A DNA stretch of 64,000 bases, from the NCBI GenBank assembly GCA_002189035.1, contig NEEC01000004.1, positions 372,001-436,000 of the forward strand, read 5' to 3'. Shown one piece after another: positions 53,801 to 64,000 of this stretch. Within the stretch, counting starts at the first letter, position 1, and the number at the start of each line of letters is the position of its first letter. Source of the DNA: Utricularia gibba. Taxonomy: Eukaryota > Plantae > Magnoliophyta. The notes under the pieces were generated by a model, which worked only from the letters and a program-made list of their open reading frames with translations, was not told the DNA's origin and did no database searches. The position numbers and the translations under genes are program-made.

Positions 53801-56201
53801 GTGAATATAAGTGGATCAAAAGCATATGTTACTCAGTCTGCATGGATATTAACGGGAAATATTAGAGAGAACATTATATTTGGAAGGCCCTACGAGAGTG
53901 AAAAGTACCTCAGAGTAATCGAAGCCTGTGCACTTGCAAAGGATTTGGAGCTTTTTGCTGCAGGAGATTTGACGGAAATAGGGGAACGAGGAATCAACAT
54001 GAGCGGTGGTCAGAAGCAACGGATACAAATCGCACGTGCAGTCTACCAAAACGCTGATGTATATCTTCTTGATGACCCTTTTAGTGCTGTAGATGCTCAC
54101 ACCGGCACTCAGCTTTACCAGGTTTCATGTCTTCTTTCAACTTCAGTTCAGATATATGACTATCCATCATGAAGTTCACTGAGTTTCTTTCTTCTTTTTT
54201 GTCTGCCCAGGACTGCTTAATGGGAATTCTCAAGGAAAAGACAGTTCTCTATGTTACTCACCAAATCGAATTTCTCCATGCAGCAGACCTCATTCTTGTG
54301 AGTAGTTTCTTCTTCTTGCAAAAAAGTGAGGGTGTATCTGATGAGAAAAAAAACTTATCCTCAGATGATGCAAAATGGAAAAATAGCGCAAGCTGGCACT
54401 TTTGAGGAACTTTTGAAGCAAAACATCGGATTTGAAGTTCTTGTTGGGGCACACAGCCAAGCTCTGGAATCAGTACGGACAGCTAACGCTTCAAGTAGAA
54501 CATGTGAGTACACGCATGAACATGATGAGAATGAAAATGACTCTGATAACAAAGGAAATCAAGAGTTTCTTCAGTCAAAGCAAGGCTCCGAGCATAATCT
54601 CAGTGTTGAGATAACAGAAAAGGAAGGCAGACTTGTGCAGGATGAGGAAAGAGAGAAAGGAAGCATTAGCAAAGAAGTTTACATGTCTTATTTGACAACC
54701 GTGAAGAGAGGTACCTTAATCCCAGTAATTCTTCTTGCACAAACATCATTCCAAGCTTTACAGATAACCAGCAACTATTGGATGGCTTGGGCCTGTCCAA
54801 GTGCAAAGTCTGAGCCTACTGTTCCGATCAACGTCGTGTTGTTAATATATGCACTTCTTGGCCTCGGAAGTGCACTCTGTGTGCTTCTTCGAGCTACTTT
54901 AGTGGCCATAACTGGTTTGCTCACATCAGAGAAACTTTTCAGTAAAATGCTTCACAGTGTTTTCCGAGCGCCAATGGCGTTCTTTGACTCCACTCCAACA
55001 GGAAGAATACTGAATAGGGTAATTATTGGTAGAGCATAAACTGAAGCAGCTTATACGTGTTTTCTATTTACTTCTCTTGATGGATCTACAGGCTTCCATG
55101 GATCAAAGTGTTCTTGACTTGGAGATGGCAAACAAACTAGGGTGGTGCGCTTTCTCAGTAATTCAGCTTCTTGGGACTGTAGCAGTAATGTCACAAGTTG
55201 CATGGGAAGTCTTTGTCATCTTCATTCCAGTAACAGCAATTTGCATCTGGTACCAGGTAACAAAAGCCTTATATACTAACACTTACAAATACACAGATTA
55301 TGAAATCTGGTCATTTATACAGCGGTACTATAATCCAACTGCAAGAGAGCTTGCCCGTGTATCTGGTGTTCGGAGAGCTCCAATCCTACATCATTTTTCT
55401 GAATCACTTACTGGCGCTGCAACAATACGTGCCTTTAACCAACAAAAGCGATTTACCGACATCAATCTGCGTCTCATTGACAGCCACTCAAGGCCTTGGT
55501 TTCACAATGTATCAGCTATGGAATGGCTCTCTTTCAGACTAAACCAGTTATCCAACTTTGTATTTGCTTTCTCTCTAGTCCTGCTAGTGAGTTTACCTGA
55601 TGGAATCATAAATCCAAGTAAGTGCAACTCGTTATACTTATGGCTATCCCAAAGTATTATAATTACAGAAACTTAGAACAAGTGCACTTTTGCAGGCATT
55701 GCAGGGCTGGCAGTTACCTACGGAATAAATCTCAATGTTCTGCAAGCTTCAGTCATATGGAACATATGCAATGCAGAAAATAAAATGATATCAGTGGAGA
55801 GGATTCTCCAGTACTCAAGTCTTGCTAGTGAAGGACCCCTTGTTATTGAAGACTCAAGGCCACCAGTAAACTGGCCAGATTTCGGATCTATTTCCTTCAC
55901 GAATTTGCAGGTAAAACTCTTAATAGACTCCCCCACCCCCCCTGCAATTCTACGCGACTCATCACAAAAAGGACATATTTTGTGAGCAGATACGTTATGC
56001 TGAGCACCTTCCATCAGTATTGAAAGACATCACCTGCACTTTCCCAGGAAGAAAAAGAGTTGGGGTTGTGGGAAGAACAGGTAGTGGCAAGTCGACGCTT
56101 ATACAAGCCATTTTCCGCATTGTAGAAGCAAGGGAAGGCTATATTTCCATTGACGGCATAGACATATCAAAGATAGGCCTCCATGATCTCAGGCAAAGAC
56201 T

Positions 56202-56646
56202 AAAAGTATTTTTGGCTGCTTGATTTTGTTGGAGACTTGGTTGAACGTTGAGAGAATGTTGAAGTTTGTGGATATTGACTATTGTTTTTGGATCGAAAAG
56301 AACTTTCCTTTTTTTTCATAAAGCAAACAGGGATTTATATAGATGAGGAGAGTTGCCCGTTGGATCATATCAGGCCTAAAATATGACCGTTGCCTTTAGT
56401 CTGTAGATTAGTCCTCTTGTTCATCTACTGTGTAGCAGCCAGAATTTACTAGGACTTCTTTCATGGACTGGGCTTCAGATGCTTCTTCTTGGGCCAGTAG
56501 TTTGGAATGTTGAGGCCCAAGTATGATAAGGCCTTTTTCCCAATCTAATTGAGGGTTGCTTCTCATGGGAGGAACAGAGGTCGCGCGCCATTCATCTTCG
56601 CGGGTTGAGACTTCCCGGATCTTCGTTGCTCCACCACTTGCTGACA
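56202..56646 (-). repeat. 3' LTR of the Copia element (445 bp)
   Basis: On the minus strand it begins TGTCAGCAAG, preceded by the purine tract CAGGGAGGAA, and ends ATACTTTT. No differences from the 5' LTR were found by eye. Confidence 0.95.
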
Positions 56647-59600
56647 TTCCTCCCTGAGGGAGTAATGAAGATCCGGCTGTTGTCACAAGAGGATTTCTCC
56701 GAATTCCCAGCATTTCTCTGATTCTGTTGAAATTCCTTGGGAATAAGCATTTGGTGAGAATATCTGCAGGTTGCTCATCCGATGGTAAGTACTCAAGTTT
56801 AATCAGTCCTTCCTTCACATAATCTCTGAGTATATGGTATTTAAGCTTGATGTGCTTGGTCCGACCGAACATCACAGGATTTTTTGCGATGCTAATGGCA
56901 GATTTGTTATCTATCTTGAGTATTATCGGTCTTGTAATTTGAATTTTCAGGTCATCGCATAATTTCACCAACCATTGCGCATGGTTGGCAGCAGCAGCTC
57001 CTGCGATGTATTCGGCTTCTGCCGATGATTGTGCAGTGACGGCTTGTTTCTTGCTGTTCCATGAAAATACCGCTGATCCTAAGTTGAATAGATAGCCTGT
57101 GGTAGATTTACAATCTTGTTCGTCGCCAGCAAAGTCTGAATCAACAAATCCCTGCAAAATAGGGTTAGTACCTTTCTTGTAATATAAACCAAAGGAAGTT
57201 GTGGCCTTCAAATATTTCAGGATACGTGTTGCTATTTCCAGGTGTGTGTTGTGTGGCTGATGCATGAATCTGGCCAGAAATGATACGGCGAAGGTTATAT
57301 CCGGTCTAGTAGCAGTTAAATACATCAGAGCGCCAATGAGTTTCTGGTAGTTATGAGAGTCAACTGGATGAGAATTAAGGTCAGATAATTTCTTTCTAAC
57401 TTCTGGTGAGAAAGGAGTAGTAGATACTTTTGATGATTCCATGCTGTATTTTTTGAGTAGTTCCTCTGTATATCTACGTTGGTTCAAAAATATGAAGTCT
57501 TTATGTTGAATGATCTCCATTCCTAGGAAATAACGTGCATGTCCCAGATTGGTGAGTTCAAATCTTTGCTGCAATAGCTTCTGTAATTCAGAAATTCGTT
57601 CTTCACTGCTGCCTGTGATTAGAATGTCGTCTACGTATAAGGAGACAATAACTTTTCCTTGGATATCCTCAGATATGTATAATGTAGTATCATTTTGACT
57701 TCTTGTATATCCCAGCTCTAGAAAGAAAGTGTCAATGGTAGTATACCATTCTTTGGGGGCCTGCTTGAGTCCGTATAAAGCTTTATTTAATTTCAGTACA
57801 TATTCTGGATTATCTCGGATGATGAAACCTGGAGGGGGGTTCACATATATGTCTTCGCTTAACTCTCCATGCAGAAAGGCCGTTTTTATGTCCAGATGAT
57901 GTAAATACCACTTGTTGCAGGCCGCAAGTGCAATAATCAGCTTAATGGTGTCTAATCTTGCCATCGGAGCGAAGGTTTCCAGGTAATCAATCCCTTCTTT
58001 CTGTAAATATCCCTTTACCACCAGTCTGGATTTTCTTTTGTTCAGAGTGCCATCAGGATTTAACTTGGGACGGAATATGAATTTTAGGTCCAGAGGTTTT
58101 TTCTGCTTCGGCTTAGGCACTGCTGTCCAAACGCCGTGTTTCTGGATGGAGTTGAATTCTTCGTCTATGGATTTCTTCCAATCTGGGTCAGCGAGAGCTT
58201 CCTGAACGCTTGCTGGTTCATAGGTGCTCAATGCCCTATCATAGATATCGTTGATTGGTGCATATCCTCGCACAGGTGAGCTGTCTTCATTTTGTTTCAG
58301 ATCCATACATAGATGATGTGGGGTGTAAGGAACCCCTTCTTGTCCGTAATCTTCCAGGTAACTTTGCCTTTGAGGTGAGGGAATGAGTATAGGATTTCTT
58401 GCTGCTAGGTTGGGTCCTCGGTTTTGAGTTTCTTCATCTTCTCCTGATGAGTTTTCTTCTTCTGATGTATCGGTTGATGATAGCTCAGTGATTTCCTTTG
58501 GATTTCTGATGCTGTTGATGAGGGTTTCATGACATTCTAGAGTTTGTTCAGGTATGTGCTCTGAGTCTGCATCCTCATATCTCATGTCTTCGATAGTAGT
58601 GGCCAAGGAGCCTTCTGGAAACTGTTGGGTATTAACAGGATCTTCTGTTGTACAGGGGCTTTCGGGCTCAATTGTTCTCGGAACATCAGGACTAGGTGGT
58701 GGCAAATTTTCGCTATTAGAGACTTCTAGGATGTCTGTCGTTGACACCGAGTGTCCTCTTAAATCTGTTGAGTTTGAGGCTCGATCATTTGAGTTTGTGA
58801 TTTGATCTTCTAGGGTTGCTTGGACCCTTAACATATTTGTTCCTGAGGCTGTCATTTCTTGTTGAATAGAGTCTTGACTAGGACTGTTCCTCGCTGGGTG
58901 GATGCTGAGGGGTTCGGTTGTTGCATCATGTCCTTGTTGAGGGAATAAATTCCATATATTTTCTGAATAAGAATGATTTTTGTCATGTGTTGTCGAGGAA
59001 CTCCAGTTGTAAATTCTAGTCTCGTCTACTGTTACATCACGACTGAGTTCCACCTCATTTGTTCTTAGATTCAGTACCCTGTAGGCTTTACTTGTATTGC
59101 TATATCCCAGGAAAATTCCTTCATCAGATCTTTTGTCCCATTTTGATCTCTTCTCCTTTGGAATGTATATATAGCAGGGTGATCCAAATACCTTCATGTG
59201 ATCTAGGCTTGGAATTTTGTTGTACCATAGCTCATAAGGAGTTTTACAGTCTTTATTTCCTTTGGTTGGCAGGCGGTTCAACAGATACACGGCTGTGTTG
59301 ACTGCTTCGCCCAGAATTCTAGAGGTAAGTGTTTTTGATAGAGTAGACACCGAGCCATATTGACTATTGTCCTGTTCTTTCGTTCACATATGCCGTTCTG
59401 CTCTGGCGTATATGGCGTTGTAAACTGGTGAGTAATACCATTTGTCTCACAAATGTGTCTCAGTTCAGTTGATTTGTACTCACCTCCGTTGTCTGACCGG
59501 AGTGTTAGAATCTTACTATTGCTTTGAGTTTCTGCAAGGACCTTGAAGACTTGGAAGTGGTGCAAAACCTCTGATTTATGCTTCAGGAGATAGATCCAGG

Positions 59601-61257
59601 TATACTTTGAATATTCGTCAATAAAGATCACGTAATATTTGTTGCCGGCTCGAGTAGGAGAGGCCATGGGCCCACAGACGTCACTGGTAACAACTTCCAA
59701 TTTTTTCTGAGAATGAATGCTGGACTTAGGGAGTGGTGTTCGGCTCATCTTCCCTTGAAAGCATATTCTGCAGTGTTTTTCCTCAGGAATTATATTAGGA
59801 ATCCCCTCTGCCAGGTTTCTCTTCTTCATGGATATAAGGGAGGCATAGTGATGGTGACCTAACCGTTGGTGCCAAATCTCAGATGATTCTAGGGACTTGA
59901 GGCAAATGTTGTAATCGATGGATGTAGCATTCGGAAGCAGTGGAAAGACCCTATCAGTCATAGCAACCGTAAGGAGTATATTATCTTCTTCATCTAATAT
60001 TTTGCACTCATTACTTTCCAGATGAACTTTCATCCCCTTTTCAACCAGCTGGCCAGTGCTTAGTAGATTGTGGTAGGCCTGGGGCACCAGATACACGTCT
60101 GTGATCTTGATTAATTTCTGGACAGTTTCAAGGCAAACTGTTCCTTGACCGATGACCTGTAAGTGATTTCCATCAGCAATTTCGATTACTTTCCCAGTTA
60201 GCTCGATGAAGGTTGTGAATAGACTCTTGTCGTTGGTTATATGATGACTGCATCCGCTATCGATAAACCAGATGTCTTGTTTCCTTAGATCCACAAATGA
60301 TGTGATTAGAGTTTTGCGGCGCAGAGAGTAAATATCAATCTTCTTCTTATTCATTTCAGCTGCGAGATTTACATCATTCATAGCGCTAGTAAGTTTGTCC
60401 TTAGGATCTGCAGCCTTTCCTCCAATCTGATGGTATTTTTTCAGGGGACACACTTTGTCCACATGACCTTGGAGAGAACAGTACAGGCATTTGGCGTCAG
60501 GGCTCCAGAAACATTGTGTTGGTGAATGGCCTTTTCGCTTGCAGAATGGGCATGAATCTCCAGTACTTGGTTTCTCAATTTTTGCTTGAAAGATCACCGG
60601 TTCATTTGATGATTGAGAACCATAGCCTTTCTGATTTTCTGTTGCCTTGAAGGCAAGTTCCTGGCCTTCACCAAGTCCGACTTCAACTTCGGATTCACTG
60701 AGTCTTTCTAGTAGTTTTCTGGAGGATATGGAGTGAATGCCTGTGACCCGCAAAGTAGTGACTACAGGGGCAAAGGACCGCGGTAGGGAACTGAGTATTT
60801 TTGATTTAATTCTTCTGTCTTCCAAGGGCTCTCCCAAGGTCTGTAACTCAGTGACAATTTTGATTAGCGTTTCTGAAAAATGAGAGATACTCATACCTGG
60901 TAAGAATTTCAGGTTGTCAAAGAGCTCCCATTGACGTTGAATGCGGCTCTCACGGGCTTCCGTATCCTCTCCGTAGAATTCCTCCAATTTTTTCCAGATG
61001 TCTTTGGGACTTTTCAGTAGCATAACACGGTTGAACACTTCTTCAGATAAGGCTTGATCCAGAGCATACTTAGCTTTCTTTACTTGAGCATCTGTGAGTT
61101 TGAGACTTTCTGCTGTGGCTATTTCAGAGGAGTCTGGACGTACAGGATCCACCACAGACCATAAGTCGTTCATTTGCAGGTAACTTTCCATTCGTACTGC
61201 CCAAGAAGCGTAGCGCTGACCAGTGAAGATTGGAGGAGCTTGTTGGAGGGCTGCCAT
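56408..61257 (-). CDS. Copia gag-pol polyprotein, split by a 1-nt frameshift at about 59310
   Basis: Gag PPIFTGQRYASWAVRMESYL with two CCHC knuckles; protease WFIDSGCSHH; integrase WHQRLGH, SDVCGPM, LRSDNGGEY, TPEQNGICERKNRT; RT LHHLDIKTAFLHG and VSLYVDDILITG; RNase H GFVDSDFAGD and EQPADILTK. Confidence 0.93.
56647..56656 (-). other. Polypurine tract
   Basis: CAGGGAGGAA on the minus strand, directly before the 3' LTR TG. Confidence 0.75.
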
Positions 61258-61304
61258 TCTGAGAGACTGCAATGATAAGAGGAGATGGGAGTCGGTGAAG
61301 TATC

Positions 61305-61322
61305 TTCACGTCGGGTTCACCA
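61305..61322 (-). other. Primer-binding site complementary to the 3' end of cytosolic tRNA-Trp(CCA)
   Basis: Minus strand TGGTGAACCCGACGTGAA, 1 nt after the 5' LTR. The plus strand TTCACGTCGGGTTCACCA equals the 3' end of plant tRNA-Trp as recalled (...GTTCGATTCACGTCGGGTTCA-CCA). Confidence 0.8.
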
Positions 61323-61323
61323 T

Positions 61324-61768
61324 AAAAGTATTTTTGGCTGCTTGATTTTGTTGGAGACTTGGTTGAACGTTGAGAGAATGTTGAAGTTTGTGGATATTGA
61401 CTATTGTTTTTGGATCGAAAAGAACTTTCCTTTTTTTTCATAAAGCAAACAGGGATTTATATAGATGAGGAGAGTTGCCCGTTGGATCATATCAGGCCTA
61501 AAATATGACCGTTGCCTTTAGTCTGTAGATTAGTCCTCTTGTTCATCTACTGTGTAGCAGCCAGAATTTACTAGGACTTCTTTCATGGACTGGGCTTCAG
61601 ATGCTTCTTCTTGGGCCAGTAGTTTGGAATGTTGAGGCCCAAGTATGATAAGGCCTTTTTCCCAATCTAATTGAGGGTTGCTTCTCATGGGAGGAACAGA
61701 GGTCGCGCGCCATTCATCTTCGCGGGTTGAGACTTCCCGGATCTTCGTTGCTCCACCACTTGCTGACA
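61324..61768 (-). repeat. 5' LTR of the Copia element (445 bp)
   Basis: Matches 56202-56646. Contains a TATA-like CTATATAAAT on the minus strand at about 61455-61464. Confidence 0.95.
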
Positions 61769-63297
61769 AGACTAAGCATCATTCCACAGGATCCAGCCAT
61801 GTTCGAGGGAAGTGTTAGAGGAAATCTTGATCCATTAGGACAGCACCCAGATGACGAAATTTGGAGGGTAAAAATCCTACACATAAACAAAGTTTCATGC
61901 AGCAGACTAGACATTCAATAAAATTCGTGTGCAGGCACTAGACAAATGTCAACTAGGAGATTTGGTGCGCCAAAAGCCAGAGAAACTGGAAGCTGTTGGT
62001 ATGTTTCATTTTCATTACTGCAAAAGCTTACGTGAAATCTTCGAATTCAGTTAAAGAACTACAGATTTTTACAGTGGTGGAAAATGGGGACAACTGGAGT
62101 GTGGGTCAAAGGCAGCTATTCTGTCTTGGAAGAGCTCTACTGAAGAAAAGCAGCATTCTTGTTCTCGATGAAGCAACAGCATCAGTTGACTCTGCAACGG
62201 ATGGAATAATTCAGAAGATTATAGGGGAGGAATTCAAGGAGCGAACGATTATCACAATAGCACACCGGATCCACACAGTTATAGACAGTGATCTTGTCTT
62301 GGTACTAAGTGATGGTAAGAGAAGTGATTCACTTTCTGTCTCTCTCGTTTCTCTTGAAGATTCTCGATTAAAAAGACACCTTCTTTGAGCAGGAAGAATA
62401 GCGGAGTACGATACGCCATCTAAACTGCTGGAACAAGAGAACTCTCTCTTCTCCAAACTGATCAAGGAGTATTCACACAGACTAGGGTGAGAAAGCTCGA
62501 AGCTTTGAAACAAGAGGGAGAGCATAAAAAATGAAAGTGTACCTACTTCATTTTTGGTCTTTTGATGTACTACTGCAAACCGGAGTGACGGGTTCTTTAA
62601 CCCCATGAATGGGAATGACTGTTCTACTTGCTTTTATTACGTGGTTTTTTATGGTAAAAATCGATACTTTCCAAAAAATGGATATGTGAAATCATTAATG
62701 TCGGGACAAAAGATTCATTCTTTTCTTGAATCAACGGAGCGACGCGAGCTCTCGCTTTCAGATCTCGGAGAATCCGGTCATTTGTAGCGCTCCCGTGTTA
62801 CTTGACAAATCTTCACACCCCGAATCCCTGCGAATTCGGTTCTGTGTTATGGATAAACTGGTATCTCTCTCCCTCTCATGGTGTTTTACGAGTTTCCATT
62901 TTTTCATTTCGGCTTCTACAAACGAGTTTGTGTCCCATTTGCGAAAAGGGGTTTGGGCTTTTCTTGCTTGTGAATGCGTTTGTGGGATAACTTGGTGGAT
63001 GATAGGTTCTGTGTGTTCTCTTTGATTCGTTCTGTTGAAAAGACGTGACATTCATTTCCTTGGTGTGAGTTCTAACAAACATCCCGAAAAATTTGTTCTT
63101 GAAAATCGTAGTTAGTTCTTATGTAGGTTTGTCATACTATTTCTTTTGTTTTAAAATGAAACGGCGAGCCGAGATGTCTGGCGATTAAGCCGCAAAATCC
63201 CCCATGTTTCCTAGGGAATTTTCCTGATACATGTTAGATCAAACTTAAAAAGCATTGGATTCTCTAGTTTTATTTAACGCCGCTGTATCTCAGCCTA

Positions 63298-63618
63298 GTG
63301 AAGGTTCGTATATCTGGACTTACCTTTCGCCGCAATGTTCAGGACGAAAACCCGCCTTACGAGAGCAAGACTGAACCTGCAAAAGAGTTTGAGGAAGATG
63401 TGACTCGTGAATCCCTGATCGAAATAGCTTATTTAGCACCCAACAACGGTGTAGCTGCTGCACCCATGTCACCCAAATATGCAAACATCAATAAGGCTGA
63501 TGAGCCTCTCATCCATGATGGAAAGGAATTATACCGGGACAAGCTCATATCCATTTCGAATGCACCATCACCTGCAGCGAATGCGCAACCGCACCTTTCG
63601 CCTCAAATTGATGCTTAA
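63298..63618 (+). CDS. Small uncharacterised plant protein (VTRESLI / YRxxLISIS motifs); start codon unresolved
   Basis: EEDVTRESLIEIAY and GKELYRDKLISIS resemble a conserved small plant protein family as recalled. No in-frame ATG precedes the motifs. Confidence 0.55.
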   Translation: MKVRISGLTFRRNVQDENPPYESKTEPAKEFEEDVTRESLIEIAYLAPNNGVAAAPMSPKYANINKADEPLIHDGKELYRDKLISISNAPSPAANAQPHLSPQIDA

Positions 63619-64000
63619 GAAGCTATCTTTAGGCTTCCCTTTAACTTTGTAATGAAACTATGCAACTGCTGCATCAAAGATGTTGATTGGGTTTTCACCC
63701 GTTTGTTTTTGCTGATGGCTCTGTGACCTACTACACCTTTGTGTTTATCCTTGAATATTGAATATGAAAGAAAAGTTTCGATCTTGTGCATGTGAAACAT
63801 AGATTCGGAATATATGTTCTTGAAATGGGGCGTTGAATGAGGAATGTCTAAGATGCTGAATGATTATCTGATACTAGATTATGACGTGTTATGAGTGTCT
63901 AAAAATCTGCGAAGATCTGGAGCCTGTTGGTTTGGGGCCCTCTACCAAGACATGAGTTTGATTCCACTGGAAAGCCTTGCAATGCAAGTGGTGAGGATTA

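Larger units (their letters stand above)
56202..61768 (-). mobile_element. Full-length Ty1/Copia LTR retrotransposon (5567 bp, Ivana-like), inserted antisense in an ABCC exon
   Basis: Two 445-bp LTRs; target-site duplication AGACT (56197-56201, 61769-61773); domain order gag-PR-INT-RT-RNaseH; PBS and PPT present. Confidence 0.96.
50947..62490 (+). pseudogene. ABCC: ABC transporter C family (MRP9/ABCC9-like), interrupted by a Copia insertion and a 1-nt frameshift in this assembly
   Basis: Short exon 1 (50947-50983, MVLEKLGFAAPP) splices to 51766. TMD0/TMD1; NBD1 GTVGSGKSS and [16 protein letters not shown]; NBD2 [26 protein letters not shown] and [18 protein letters not shown]|SIIPQDP is split at 56201/61769. 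Confidence 0.9.

Noticed and set aside
59278-59350. Programmed ribosomal frameshift in the Copia polyprotein
   Set aside because: The shift is inside integrase rather than at the gag-pol boundary, has no slippery heptamer, and is repaired by a single homopolymer base.

Overview
Gene-dense, intron-rich eudicot nuclear DNA: about 20 protein-coding genes in 64 kb with short introns, so a compact genome. No tRNA, rRNA or CRISPR features were seen. Genes in order: 3' end of an unknown gene, AtuA/DUF1446-like, PLIM2-type LIM, C2-domain ERG3-like, PEX11, divergent SMO1-like, MEE44-like nucleotidyltransferase, YqgF-like nuclease, MLO, EF-hand protein, DREB A-4, UBC E2 plus a tandem pseudogene, trihelix TF, nucleotide-diphospho-sugar transferase, ALG8, an uncharacterised gene, DRP1E, ABCC (MRP9-like) and a small unknown gene. 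There are two LTR-derived insertions. One is a 1.29 kb solo LTR with a 6-bp flanking duplication. The other is a 5.57 kb Ty1/Copia element inserted antisense into an NBD2 exon of the ABCC gene. The Copia element is the most unusual object in the window: apparently identical 445-bp LTRs, a TG...TT (or TG...TA) end instead of TG...CA, an 18-nt primer-binding site matching tRNA-Trp rather than tRNA-iMet, a pol ORF reading about 80 codons into the 3' LTR, and an approximately 240-aa insert between integrase and RT. Three 1-nt frameshifts (trihelix, ABCC, Copia) all fall in G runs and may be assembly errors. Gene names come from recalled protein-family motifs, not from database searches.
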